Below are positions 51,090 through 64,000 of a DNA stretch of 64,000 nt, in pieces (positions within the stretch are counted from its first letter, which is position 1; every line of letters begins with the position of its first letter). A program made the position numbers and the translations under genes. Under the pieces are notes generated by a model. The model was not told where the DNA came from and searched no databases. It was given only the letters and a program-made list of their open reading frames with translations. The DNA comes from Camelus ferus (Eukaryota): NCBI RefSeq assembly GCF_009834535.1, contig NC_045696.1:94676001-94740000 (forward strand). The letters run 5' to 3'.

Positions 51090-52090
51090 CACTGATGGAG
51101 AAGATACTGGGAAAGAGGCTCTCTCAATTGCTGCTGGTGGAAATACATTTTCACCACTCTAAAAAGCAGTCTAGTAATACTCATCAAAATTCTCAACACT
51201 GTGAACATCTTTAGGTTTATTTATTTATTTATTTTTAATGGAGGCACTGGGGATTGAACCCAGGACCTCGTGCATTCAAGGCATGTGCTCTACCACTGAG
51301 CTATACAACTCCCCTAATGCTGTGAATATCTTTAAAACCAGCATTTCTGTTTCAAGGAACTTATCCTATGGACTGTATAGGAATGGGAGCAGAACAATAA
51401 AGGATGCTCACAACAACATTGTTTATGACAGTGAGAAATTAGAAATGCCTTAAATGTCCCACAGAAGAGTGTATTTTGCTTTCATGTTTGAGAAAATCCT
51501 AGTAATCCATTAATAACAGTATATTGTGTCGCCATTGAGAAGGGTTTGTGCAAGAATGTATCTAATAAACACAATGCTGAACAAAGGAAGCCAGACACAA
51601 AAGACTATATACTATATGTCATTTATAGCTAATTAAAAGTGATGCAACAATAACTGATGGTTAACTTTGGGAGTGCCTCACTATTGGAGGTGAGGACAGA
51701 GCACAGAGGGTTTCTGGAGGTCTGTCAGTGTTCCTTCCTTGGTCTCAGACTGATACATGGGGATGTTCACTTTGTGAATGTTCATTAAACTGTACACTGA
51801 TGACTGTTTACTTTTTTGCATGTCTGCCATGCTTCAATAGCATTTACCATAAGAAAGGGTTGTAAAATATATCAATAACATAGAAAGAAGTTCAGCATAC
51901 ATTTTTAATATAAAAAATCCTTTTCCATCTTAAAGGATTTTGTAGAAAAATAAATGGATGCATGTTCACAAGGTGGCACTGGCAGATATCTCTGGGTGAT
52001 GGCATCAGAGGTTACTTTTATTTGTAATATTTTAAATATTTCCTAAAATTGTTGCAATAAATATATATTACTTTTGTAAGAAAAAAGCCA
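51090..52090 (+). mobile_element. Old L1M 3' region interrupted by a SINE
   Basis: 'aatgctgaacaaaggaagccagacacaaaagactatatact...atgttcactttgtgaatgttcattaaactgtacact'. Confidence 0.75.
51213..51314 (-). mobile_element. tRNA-Ala-derived SINE (camelid Vic-1-like)
   Basis: Reverse complement of the SINE; 18-bp TSD at 51195-51212 and 51316-51333. Confidence 0.92.
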
Positions 52091-52344
52091 TAATAATATC
52101 ATTATAAAAATAAGAAAGGTATATGTAAATTTGTTAAAACAGAGAACAGAGGTAATAAGAATAAGCTTAGCTTAAGCACCTAGAGAAAGAGTTGACAAAG
52201 ATCAGTTAGGATTAAATGACTTGGCATTTTACAAAGCCCTGATTCAAAAATAAAAACACTTTTCATTCTGGAAGTACATAACATGTGGCTTCAAACAGAA
52301 GGCAGGATGTTAAAATTCTAAAGCAAGTGTATAATAACAGACTG

Positions 52345-52517
52345 GCCCACTCATTTCCTAGGTTATGTAAGCACTCTGGACCTCAGTTGTCCTGCCTGTT
52401 GAATGGGTTTAATAATACCTTTCCTGCATCCTCCCAGACATATTTTGAGAATAAGTGATATAAAGATACTGGAATAGCTTTGAACTTTTCAGAGATATTG
52501 GTTCAAGGTATTATTAC
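52345..52517 (+). mobile_element. MIR fragment
   Basis: 'ctctggacctcagttgtcctgcctgttgaatgggtttaataatacct'. Confidence 0.6.
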
Positions 52518-53271
52518 AAGGGCAGTGTATGAGAAAATATGGGATTAGATGCCACTTGAAAACTTTGTGACGCTTGTGAAACTATACCTTTAAAAAGAAC
52601 CCATACATTAAGAAGACTTTAAGATAACAGTTTTCATTTTTTAGACTTTTATACAAGAACATTTTTATAAAGAAAAATGAAGAGAAAATAACTTATTTTC
52701 AGCTTAAGAAAAATGGAACAATTGTGCTGATTTGAATTATTTTTGAAAATTGGATGACAGCGCTAATTCTATAATTCTCATGATCAACTGAGTATTTCCT
52801 ACTAGGGAGAGATAAGGAAGTGAGTCCTTCACCCCAGAAAACACATTTACCTCAGCTCGTGTTACACTTTGAGTATCTCCTCACTGTCAGTTGTCTTCCC
52901 TTTCAGATACATGGTCTTCTAGGATTGGCTAAATAAATACTGAAAGGCTGACAGTTAAAAGTCTTAAACCTACAAATATTCCCCTCCATCTGCCATCTCT
53001 ACCCCACCTACATTCTGTGATCTTTATTTCATTACCCTAGGGTAATACTTGATATTAATATGCATTTAATAGTTTACAAGAAAGTCTGTTTTGAACTACT
53101 ACTTTCATTTTTCCAAATAGTGTATCCACAGATTGTTTGTCCATATCCACTTTGCCAAGAGGACAAAAATCATATTCACGGCATTCATTCAATGCAGTGG
53201 CCCATAGAAATGGATCTCACTGGATGGTCATAGGGACCCCAGCAAGTATATCTCTGTAGCATTTCCTAGAT

Positions 53272-53457
53272 CAGTGGTTCCAAAGTGTTCTTGGACCAGT
53301 AGCATCAGCATCACCTGAGAACTTGGTAGACGTGCAAATTCCTGGGCCCCACTCTAGACCTACTGAATCATAAACTCTGGAGGTGCTGCCCAGCAACCCA
53401 TATTTTAATAAGCCCTCCAAGTGAATCTGACGCATGCACAAATTTTAGAACTACTAC
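53272..53457. mobile_element. MER5A hAT MITE
   Basis: 'cagtggttccaaagtg...agcatcagcatcacctgagaacttg...gacctactgaatcataaactctgg...aagccctccaagtgaatctga'. Confidence 0.9.
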
Positions 53458-54469
53458 CCAAGAGGGATCACAGGTTAGCTTTCTAGAAGCACAGAATGCT
53501 CCCTTAAGGGATCTATGAAAATTACCAGTATGCACTGGCTTACTCCGAAAAAACAACGTTGAAGTTTCAAGACAGTCATCATAAAAAAATACACAGTAGC
53601 ACTAGAAGCTTCACTTTGCAGTCATTTGACCATTTTCAGGCCACTACTATAGTAGATTAGAGCTATTCCTAATTTACAGACAAGAAAATAAAACAGGATA
53701 GGGTAGGGGAGAGCACTCTTAGAAATCAGTGTAGCTTTTAGCATTAACTGAAAGTTTCTCTGATGTTAATTGCACTAGAAATGATTGTTACATTGTCTTT
53801 CAAAATCTCTGTGTGGCAAAACTGAGAGTGAAGGGCAGAATACTGGTCTTCCTGACAGTAAATTATCCTGGCCTTTGAAAAAAGAGTCAAATACAAGACA
53901 CCCCTAAAGAACAGAAGATCTTTACTATGGAATCATCAGCCCCCTTATTAATTTCTCAGCCTAACCACATCCATCTGCAAAAGAGGGAATTGGTCTTGCC
54001 TAGAACTTCCTTGAAACTAGACACAGAAAAAGAAGGCCTCTTCTCTAAATCAAACTCAGTTTACATATTACAAGATTGCTTCTTTCTTACAAAGAAAGTA
54101 TAAGGTAAAACCAGGAAAGAAATAACAGGAGCAACACTAGTATTACTACGGAATTTTTTTACATCTTGTCATTGACTTGAACTTACTAGTTCATTTCACA
54201 CAAAGTTTCTAATTCACTAAAGGCCACCTCCCGATATGCTGGATTTGATTATCTACATACTTAACCACAGTTGTGTAAACAGAGTAACAGGAGAGGTTCT
54301 AAAAGGATTATTAATCCACTGCTATGAGTTTGTAAACAACTTGTGAACAAAATTACTATCTTTACCTTTGGTTAAGAATCAGAATGGTTAACTGCTTCCT
54401 TGACAAAAATATACATATGTAACAGCCTTATATTTTTAATACTGAATTAATTCCAGTAAGTCACAAATA

Positions 54470-54635
54470 CAGAAGTAAGGCTTTGAGACATTTACCGAAT
54501 TGCTCTGAACTTCAGTTTTACCACCTGTAAGAAGGAATCAGGATGGTTGTGAAGATAAATGAGTTAATTCATGTGAATTGCTTAGGACCATGCATGGCAA
54601 TTAGCAAGCACTCAGAATGCTAGCTCAATTATTAT
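54470..54635 (+). mobile_element. MIR fragment
   Basis: 'ggttgtgaagataaatgagttaattcatgtgaattgcttagg'. Confidence 0.7.
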
Positions 54636-55774
54636 TTTTGTAACTGCAAATGTTAACTCTGTTTTCAGGTTAAATTAACTACCGAATGATGAAGTCAATA
54701 CAAACACACCAACTGAGACTGAACAGGTTAGTAACAGAAAAGTTTTCCTGATAATGGATACTGTTGCCTTATCCAAAGCTACTGCTATCATTTACCCAAG
54801 GAATTCAGATAATAAAACACATGGTCTCTTAATCATCATACTTTGAAAACATTCAACCTCACTAAGTTTCTGATATGTAATATCTTAGTGGAATCTCATT
54901 TACCTATTATGAAAACAGAAGCTATTCTTAGGCCCTTAGAGTCGTAATTTTTAATTCACAGACACTTATAGGTCATATTTAACACATAAAAGCTGGGGAA
55001 GGATTACTCCATAGGTATGTGGCATTCATCCAGTTGGCCCCTGGTGTAGAGAACTCTTGTTGGTCTGGGAGACATACAGCAGGAGGACAATGGTCCTGGG
55101 CAGAGTAGTGTCAAAATCTGTTTTTCCTAATTCAGTATGATTCTGTAATCAGGCCCCTGTTACTGAAACAGTGCACAGGCATATTTCAGTTTGGATAGTC
55201 TTAAAATGCACACATCAAAAAGGAAAACAAGAGGGAGGAAAGAGGCCCCCTTTTATGGTTTGTCTCAGGTAATCCTTCTAGTAATATTGAAATGTATTAT
55301 ATGTGTGTGCACATGCATGTAAAATTTTAATAGATGGGAAAACAGGAGCACAGAGAGTTTAGAGTCTGGGAAGGGTTAGAAACCATACTGAGAACTCACT
55401 AAGTCTTGAAGAGAGTATCATGCCCTTTAGAACGTATTGCCCTATGCCTGGAACAATTTTACATTATACAGGCAATGAAGACAAATAGATATGACTGAAA
55501 TTGTATAACATCTGACATCCAAAAGTCCACATAATAGCACCTTGTCAAGGTTCCCCTTTTGGAGATTAACTAGTATTACTTACTAAGAATTCCAAGTTGT
55601 AAAATCTTTCTTTTCCCTTTTCTTTTTCTTCCTTACTCTCTCTCCCTCCTTCCCTCCCTCTCTTTCTCCCCTTCTTCCATCCCCCCCTCTCTTTTTCTTT
55701 CTTTTTTAAACAGATGGCAAGTAAAACTTTAAAAGCTACTATTCAGAGCTCCCTGCTAGCATATCACAAATTGG

Positions 55775-56104
55775 CACAAAAAATTAATAAACAGAAATCT
55801 CAGTTAAATAGAGTGGATTGACCAGCAGGGGGAGCTCTCATGCCCTGCAACGATAGTGGAGCCCCAAAAGAAGAAAGACTCCACTTTTTTCCTGGCAAGG
55901 ACTTAGCCAATGAAAAGCTATGGACTCTGTTTACCACAGCCCTCCCTCTTCCTCTCTGTAAAAGAGTTCTCCTTCCCTTGCCTTGCAGGGACTTGCATGT
56001 GGCTTACCATGGTTGCAGACCCTGAGTTACAATTCTTTGATAATCCCAAATAAACCCAGTTTTGCTGGAGAAATAACTGGCAATCTATTTGATTTAGGTC
56101 AACA
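55775..56104 (+). mobile_element. Solo LTR, ERV1-like
   Basis: Perfect 4-bp TSD TTGG at 55771-55774 and 56105-56108; CCAAT box, AATAAA near the 3' end, terminal ...GGTCAACA. Confidence 0.85.
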
Positions 56105-57779
56105 TTGGTCTCCAGGCTTCACCTTATTGATTTTTACTTCTAGAAAGGCCTTAAGGTAATACACACTTGAACTTCGAACACTGAGGATGAACACCTCTTG
56201 GCTAGGCATATTCTAATTTGGCACTTGGAGTCCATGTTCATGGATCCAAGTTATGGCTTTTCTCTGTTCCTGACTGGGTACTGAATTATTTGTGCCTATC
56301 CCAAAGTATTAATTCAGATAATTAGGAGGCAGGAAAACACTCTAGATAGCAATATGCTGGATAAATGTTAATTTTTGCTCTTATGTTTTACAACTTGGAA
56401 TTCTTAGTAAGTAATACTAGTTAATCTCCAAAAGGGGAACCTTGAAAAGGTGCTATTATGTAGACCTTGGTATGTTACATGTTATACAATTTCAGTCATC
56501 TCTATTTATCAAATAATATACATTCAATAAAAATACCACATGACTCCTGTACATCTTGCAGTGTAATTACCAAATAAATATGTATTCCGCCTGTCAGAAG
56601 CCTAATAGAGAGTCCCAGCCTTAGTTATAGACTAAAACTAATGGTGGTTACTATAAACAGTGACGGATTGGATGGCAATCCCTGTACCATCTCAATTTGC
56701 AATTTTGTGTTTGGCAGAACTCATAGATTTTATTACCAACAATATACTGCAGTCCAAAGAAAAAAATGGAAGCATTGTGAGCCATTTTCAAGGGCTGTCT
56801 CACAAAACACACACTGTAATCACCAAACTGTAGAGAACAATTCCTTCCTGATATGCCTTGGTGGGGGCTGCTGTTTATATTGTTGCTGTTATTATTTTAA
56901 AGACAGGGAGTATGTATAACACTACATCTTTCAAAAGGGATCAGCATGAAAGCAATGGGTTTGTATGTAGACAGAATACCTAAAACCACTCAGAATTAAT
57001 AATAGAAAACCCAAGAAAGAAATTCTATTTCACGGATGGACTCAAGTGTCAAATATTTAACCAAAGTGTAGTTTTGATTCAAAAATATGGATTGAAGAAA
57101 TATTGACATTAAGCAACTGAAGATAAGAAAAATCACAGTGGATTTATTTTCAATTTTTCAACTTTAAACTCTGTAGTAGACAGTTAAAATTTTTTAATTG
57201 AATTATTGAAATGTGCAAATACACTCTTTCATATTTTAATCATACAAGTTGTAAACCTGTGAGTTATTAAAATAAAACATCGCTAGTTTCATTTTCATTT
57301 TCTGTTTTCTGGTAGGGTTGCAGTGATATTCAAGAATTCAGACCGAAAAATAAAATTAAGCAATATCTATACAAAAATACTTATTCTCTTATTTTCTTTC
57401 TCCTTAATTATTCTTTGGTCTTCAGTTAGATTGATAAGGTCGGGAATACCACTATTCAGAAACATTTCCATGAAAAATTTGCAAACTGATAGAAAACATT
57501 GCAGAGATAAAATTTCCCCGAATTGCAGTTCTGACTTCATTTGGAGGGTAAAAAAATTTAAACGGATTGACATTTTTATATTGTAAGTACAGAATATGAA
57601 AAGCAAAATGAGAATTTTAAAGTTTGATGGAAAGTTAGTTTCAGGTAAAACTTAAAAGACAACACAGAAAGTCAGATATGCTTTCTTTTGTAGCCAAAAC
57701 CCTTAACTAACCTCAGCTCCAAATGATTAATTTTCCATCTTACCTTTTTTGGGTCACGTATTATTAATGAAAATAGCCC

Positions 57780-57960
57780 AACCATCTAGTTACTCTCTAC
57801 CAAAGTGCCTTGTTTTATTTTCTTTATAACACTTAGCACTATCTGAAATAATCTCTGTGGTATCTTTACTTGTTAATTAACAACTGACCTCATCAGCTAT
57901 GTTCCCAGATTCCCAGCACCTATCACATTAACTGGTACATAGGGTCTCAAAAATATTACA
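57780..57960 (+). mobile_element. L2 3' end
   Basis: 'tttctttataacacttagcactatctgaaata...cccagcacctatcaca...tggtacatag'. Confidence 0.6.
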
Positions 57961-58394
57961 ATATTAAAATTACAATTTAAAAAAATTAGTGAGGCATTCT
58001 GTTTAGATCTCTGTTCTCCAAATTTTATAGATTCCATTAATATATATGTATTTTTTAAACTTCTCTCTTTTTCTGTCTCTCCCTACTTGGAAAGGAGGAG
58101 AAACATTTTGTTATGAATGACAAATAAAAAGTATTCCCTGACTGACCTGAAAATTTAAGAACAAAGCCACAGAAACATGGGCTTTTATTGACTGACTTTA
58201 GATTGCATGAAAAGATGCACACTGATAAATTCTCTTTGGAAAAAAAATTCGCCAACCCTTTATGTAGCCAAACCACAGAGGAGAAAGTTTAGTTTCTTAT
58301 TTAAAAACCTGAAATCCAATTGCAGGTATGGATTCTGATTAAATACACATTTCGTAAAGTAAATAACATAACCTTACTGTCTTTTGAATGGTAC

Positions 58395-58810
58395 TTTAGT
58401 GGAGGGGCTAAAAACGTAGGCTCCAGAACCAGGATGCCAGAATATGACTTCTGGCTCTTCTGTTTAATAGCTATATAATTTTAGGGACGTTAAACAACCT
58501 CTTTTGTGTTTAAGTTTCCTTATCTGTAAAATGGGGCTTGTAATGAAAGCTTCTTTTTAAGGCTGTAAAGAATTAATGAGTGATATAGCACAGGAAATTT
58601 TACCTAATACCTTGTAATAACCTATAATGGAATATAATCTGAAAAGAAAAAAAGAATCATTATGGTATACACACTTGAAACTAACACAGTATTGTAAATC
58701 AACTATATTTCAATTAAAGAAAAAGAATTAATCAGTTAATACATCTCAAGTCTATGGAAAAGTATATGACATATAGGGGATGCTCCAAAAAAGCTCTCTA
58801 TTATTATCTA
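58395..58810 (+). mobile_element. MIR split by an L1 insertion
   Basis: 'agtttccttatctgtaaaatgggg'; MIR continues 'ttaatacat...' after the L1. Confidence 0.8.
58582..58721 (+). mobile_element. Short L1 3' end
   Basis: TSD AAAGAATTAAT(G/C)AGT at 58567-58581 and 58722-58736; 'tgaaactaacacagtattgtaaatcaactatatttcaattaaa'. Confidence 0.9.
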
Positions 58811-60274
58811 TTCCAAGAAAACAAACGTCCAAAGTGATATTGTTAGTACAAAGTTACTTACCTTAATAAATATCAAGTTGTCTTCATGGAGGAACTTCAG
58901 ACCAAATGTAGTTGGGAGATAGGCTTTTAACACACATCACAGGTTCATAAGCTATATAGGCCTATAGACCCAACTTTCACACACTGAAACCTGTTCACTC
59001 ATTCAGTCACTCAAATAGCTAATGTTTATTGGATGATAAACTACAGTATTTCTACCTTCCTGTAGATGCCAGGAAGAAGTAATACCATCTTCCAAAACAG
59101 TCTTAGAAGGATAATAAAAAGGGAAGAGCTTGAACACCAAACAGAGATTTGTTTAGTCTTCCCTTCTGGCTGTGTCTTCTAAGAGAGATCCGAGCAAACA
59201 GAAAAATGCTCATCTACACGTTCAGGTTTCCGTGTTGAGGCACCCCATGCCCTTCCAAGTAAAGAACCACCAGACTCTGGAGTAATCTGAATATACTAAC
59301 GTGTGGGTCCTGAATTGTTTCTTATTCATCAAATACTTAAAAGTGGTTACGTAACGTGTTAGGTTTAGTGCTAGTCTCTGGTTCTAGAACTGGAAAGAAA
59401 ACAAGACAAACTCCTAACACCGAACCTCTCTACCACTTTTCCACTGCTTAGGGTGTAGTCAGAGATGAGACGCGGGCACATCTAACTGAAAACAAATCCA
59501 GCTCCAGGAATTTTGATTTCAAAAATAAGGAAGGGGAGGGTTAGCTTAGTAAAGAAACAGAAAGGGAAAACTGTTGTGAGTGGAAGGAAGAACACGTGGA
59601 AAGCTTAGAGGACAGCTGCAGTAAGGTGGGGTCTGCACCTGCAAGAGGTTAGGTCCTGACGGAGCAGAGACTCCTGACTCTCATTGTGCAGCTGAATCTC
59701 CCCTTCCCTTCCCTTCCCTTCTCTTTCTTACTTCTAGAACCACCTCCCCCCCAACCCTTTGATTCTCTCCTCTTTGCCCTCAGACATTTTAAAGGAACTG
59801 GCTGAGGGGTGGTACCCCTGCATTGGAATTTTTAAAAGCATCAGGTGATGCTGACGGCAGGGCAATGGAAACAGCTGAAGGTGGGACCAGGCAGAAGTCT
59901 ACCCTTTGACTACACAGCAAGTAACTTGAAGACCCCCCTGAAGGAAAAAGGATGACCTTGAAGTGCTTTGTGCAGGGGCAGTGTGTATAGTCAGAAACTC
60001 ACTTTGGAACCATTGCTCTGGCTGACTTGTGGAGAATGGGCTGGAGGGGAGAAGGCCGGAGGCAGAGGAAGCACTAAGAGGCTCGTGTGGTATCTGCTGC
60101 ATTACTGCCTGTGGCTTTCCTGGTTGTTTCTTAAACGTGGTCTCTTAAGTGTAGCAACTTTCTTTAAAAAAAAAAAAACAAACAAAAAACACACAGGCTA
60201 TCCGTTAAGTGCTAAAACTTGAGGGGGAGTTACTGAAGTATTAACTCTCACAAATCACAAGGACAAACATTCAA

Positions 60275-60440
60275 ACAGAGGTTCTTCTCCTCAGATGGAT
60301 TCCAGCAATCTACAGACATCCTGAAATTGTGTGTAAAATTTTTACCTGTCTAGACATGTGTATTTTTCCAGAGTGAGGGTCAACAGTTTTCCATCACCTT
60401 GACAAAAATACTGTATGACCCCCAAAGGTCAACAGCACAT
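60275..60440. mobile_element. MER103-like hAT element
   Basis: 'cctgaaattgtgtgtaaaattttt...tatttttccagagtgagggtcaacagtttt...tgacccccaaaggt'. Confidence 0.6.
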
Positions 60441-60569
60441 AAGGCCTTGCAGTGGATGAAATTTAGAGGCGTATTTGGAAACTGAGCCATTTTAAAGATA
60501 GTATTAAAAAATATATGGGTATTTTAAAAACTGCCCCTTAACTTGATTTCTCCTATGACTTCTAGGCCT

Positions 60570-60704
60570 GACAAAGCATCAGAATAATCTAGGGAGATTG
60601 TGAGAAGGACAGAGTTCCAAAGCTCACCCCAGAATTACTGAATCAGGACGTGCAGGGGAGGAACAACCTGATGTTAGTTGTCAGGCAGGTTTGGGAACCA
60701 CTGA
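60570..60704. mobile_element. MER5-like MITE fragment
   Basis: 'gcatcagaataatctagggag...tactgaatcag...gtttgggaaccactg'. Confidence 0.6.
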
Positions 60705-62039
60705 GATACTTTTTTACTTGCAGCAAAAATATTTACTTCTGGTCTCCATCACCTTGCTTTTATTTTTTATAAGTCTTTATTATTTATGCAGAAAAATAGA
60801 ACCAGGAGCTTTCTTTCAAAATAATACAGTATCATTAATTCTATATTGTGGGAGCATATTCATAATCTGGTTTATAATTCTGGAGAATCTTTTGAGTTTG
60901 GAAGGGATTTTTACAAAAATTTTTTTGTCTATATCTCTATTCTTCCCTTCTCTCCTTTCCAAGAATTGCCATCCAATCCTCTTCTAATAGTGCTGTTTAT
61001 ACTGAAGATTTTTGTGCCAAGGTGAAAAAAAATCATTCTAAACTGCCTGATCTCAGCACTTGAAATGAATGGGTTTTTTTTTTTTTTTTTTTTAATAAGG
61101 AAGAGGCTTCCTGGTTTGGGGAAATTATTTTCACTCTTAGATGAATCTGGCCCTCCCATGAATAGCCTTCTTATTTTCCCCTCCTTATGCTGTCTGCTCC
61201 ACATCTGGTACCCAGTACAAGGCAGAAACAGCATGTTATCAACCATGAGAAGAAAGAAACATAAGGCTCTTAGAAATCTTGGATCTCATTTATTGTCCTA
61301 TTGAAGGCGTACTCTGGAGTATCTGAAAAGCTTTAGATGATTAAAAATGAAATGTAAAATGTGTTGTCCCGGGCAATTATGAAGGCCGAGGGGAAACCTT
61401 TTGTACATTGCTGGGCTGCGGCTGTCTCCAAGGACAGCTCGGAATAGCAGCAGGAACATGATGGTATTCAGAAGGGCTGATTGTGTGGGGCTGATACAGT
61501 ATTCAGTATTATTTCTTGTTCTATCAGACTTCATAATGTAAATTTTACACAGTTAAGGATTCTGAACAACAGCAACACATTGCTGTTTTGAGGAAAGACT
61601 TTCTGAAATATTTTACATTAGTTCTACAAAAATAACCCACGCTGAGAAAATCTAATTAAAAAAAAATGTTTTGTCTAGGACTGGGGCTAGAATCCCTTGG
61701 CAAGTTTTACTTTATACCTACTCCCTTTTCATTTCTATTTTTTTTCCTCCTGCTTTCTCTCATATTTCTTTTCTCTGTATTTCTACATCTCATTGTTATC
61801 CTTCTTCGCTTCTGTTGTTTAGCCTAGGCTTCTGCCTTCGAGTTCTGCACCCATGGCACCAGGGAACTTGGCAGAGGTTCTCAGGCGCAAAAACAGTGTG
61901 CTCCTTCGGTAAGGACATCCAAGAAAAAGACAGGCCCAGGAATCTGAACAGGACCTACGGTGTATGCAGTTTCCAATCTCTTTATTTTTCATGGACTCCC
62001 TCTTGTCAGCCCGTTGCATTATAGGAGTTATCGTCCCAT

Positions 62040-62157
62040 TTCTTTCTTTTTCTTTTAAAAAAATTTTTTTTTCGTTTTTAGTTGAGGTGCTAGGGATTGA
62101 ACCAGGACCTTGTGCATGCTAAGCATATGCTCTACCACTGAGCTATTACCCTCCCCC
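62040..62157 (-). mobile_element. tRNA-Ala-derived SINE (camelid Vic-1-like)
   Basis: T-rich tail plus 'gggattgaaccaggaccttgtgcatgctaagcatatgctctaccactgagctattaccctccccc'. Confidence 0.9.
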
Positions 62158-62444
62158 TAATTTTTCATATTTAATGTAGAATTTCTTATTGTTGCGATAG
62201 TAACAAGATATCAGACCCTTTTAGGTTTGGTTTTTGCCATTGACCTAGAATATCTATCAGGTAAAGAAATAAAGTCTGTCCTGTGGAAGCCTGACAATTT
62301 TTTAATTTGCCTGAAAAGAGGTACTCCAAATCGCGAGCACACTCCACATCTTACATCCAGCCTTCCCCTGCCCTGCACTGAGCATTGCACCGTGTGAGGA
62401 AACGGTGTAAGGACTCCCCAGGGCAAGAAGGCGCTTCTCTGGCA

Positions 62445-62678
62445 CAGTGGCGCTCGGCGGGTTGACTTTGCACCCCCCTCCCCAGGACATCTGACAGTAC
62501 CTGGAGACATTTTTAGTTGTTGGAACTGAAGGGGTGGTATTGGCATGTGGTGGGTAGATGCCAGGGCTGCTGCTAAACATCCTCCAGTGCACCCCGCTTC
62601 CCCTCACTTCACCCTCAGCCGCAAAAGCAAGAATTATCTAGACAAAATGGGAATGGTGCTGAGGCTGCGAAACCAACC
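62445..62678. mobile_element. MER20 hAT element
   Basis: 'caggacatctgacagtacctggagacatttttagttgt...gggtagatgccagggctgctgctaaacatcct...aagaattatct'. Confidence 0.9.
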
Positions 62679-63589
62679 GTGTTCCAGACATCGGACGTGC
62701 CCTGCTCCATGGCTGCCTTGGTCCGTGTGCAGCAGCAGGGAAGTGTGTCCATGAGACTCGATGCTGAGTCACAGACGGCAACTGTGCCACCTTTGGGAAA
62801 ACTGGCTATGCTTGTTAGACTTGACGGGTGTTTATGTGTCTGCAAGACACTTGGTTTGTAAGGGAAAGTGAAATGGAGTCTGTTAAGCAGGGACTGGGGT
62901 GGAGCAGGTCTATTTAAAGAGCACTAACTGGGAGTCAGCAGCCCTGGCTCCACCTTCACCTCACCACCCTGGGCCTCCCTCTCTCCTCTAGCAAGTAAGA
63001 ATTGGAATGAGCTCATCCCTTCCGGTTCCAAAATCGTACAATGAATGAAAAACGACCTCACAGTTCAAGGGAAATGTTTAACATAGTTTAGACTGGGCAT
63101 CGTCTTAATCTGTGGTTCCCTAAAATTTTTTCTCATCAAAAACAAGAGCCATCTTTAAATACATGCACTCAAAAATGTGTTTGTTTTGAATATTAAGTTG
63201 ATATCCCAGGAAAACAGAGTATCCATTGGTGTTTAAATATTGCCCCTCTGCAATATGCTTCTTAGAAAAATCCAGTTTGTCTAGCCACTTGTTTTACCAC
63301 TCACCTTGAGGAGCTGTCAGTGGTTTTCTTCCACCAGACATATATCAGCCTGGCTCACTGCCAGTGCTCCCTGGGAAAGGCACATGAGTAGGGTCAGGTC
63401 TAAGGAGAGCCGTTGGAAATGGTGGCCATGGTAATAACCTCAGTCCTTGTCCTACACCACACCCTTCTCAAAAAGGCCCTGGGTCGCTGGAGCGTGGGTC
63501 TGACTCATCAGTACCCAGAAGTCTGTCAGGAGAGAGGAAAAGAAAAGGAAACCGGGTTAAATTGTTCCGAATACTCAGCACATAGCACA

Positions 63590-63700
63590 CACTTCACAGC
63601 TGTCATCTGATTTAATCATCACAAACACCTGACGAAATGGGTAAGCGTCACATCCCTTCACTGATTTAAAAAAAAAAAGTGAGGTTCAGAAAACTTATTT
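63590..63700 (-). mobile_element. MIR fragment
   Basis: 'tcatctgatttaatcatcacaaacacctgacgaaatgg...gtgaggttcaga'. Confidence 0.55.
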
Positions 63701-64000
63701 ACAACCTATGGAAAAATCTGACTCAAGGGAATATAAATAATAAAATAATAAAATAAATGGATTGGATCACATAACTGAGAAATGGAGGTTGATGTAGAAA
63801 TAGAGCTTGGCCTAGAGCCTTAATACATATCACAGTTTTCCCAGTTTCGGTTTCTCTCTTGTGTTTTCTGAAGTGTTCGCTTTGGCTTTAGGCCACACTG
63901 CACGTCCCAGAAGCTCCTGACTCTTCCTCAGGACCTCACACCTCTTGGCTTTGGAGTCGACTGTGGTTCCCACACAAGTCTGGGATTCATTCTCTCCTTG

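Noticed and set aside
57367..57606. Overlapping AT-rich ORFs
   Set aside because: No recognisable domain, non-ATG starts, consistent with chance.
1..64000. CRISPR arrays, operons, rRNA, snRNA, NUMT
   Set aside because: No regularly spaced repeats or recognisable structural RNA or mitochondrial sequence; the window is mammalian nuclear non-coding DNA.

Overview
Mammalian non-coding DNA, AT-rich and dense in repeats. It is probably camelid, judged from three tRNA-Ala-derived Vic-1-like SINEs and artiodactyl-type L1 3' ends. I recognise no intact host protein-coding gene or RNA gene, and the ORFs in the track are chance or repeat-derived. The most notable items are: (1) an orphan 5'-end-only copy of ATG2B on the minus strand at ~46060-46400, comprising a GC-rich 5'UTR-like leader and codons 1-16 (MPWPFSKSIKKRACQY), fused in frame to unrelated sequence; (2) a ~5.2 kb internally deleted class I ERV provirus at 13591-18792 (minus) with both LTRs, a PBS, a PPT and a decayed gag matrix region; (3) a 37-bp internal L1 ORF2 snippet captured between 18-bp direct repeats inside a solo LTR; (4) an LTR carrying a CTCF-like motif; (5) a compact AP-1/NF-kB/GC-box motif cluster near 2.0-2.25 kb. 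The rest is ordinary MIR, L2, L1M, MLT, MER5A, MER20 and MER44 background. Repeat family names come from recalled consensus sequences, and the boundaries of old elements are approximate.
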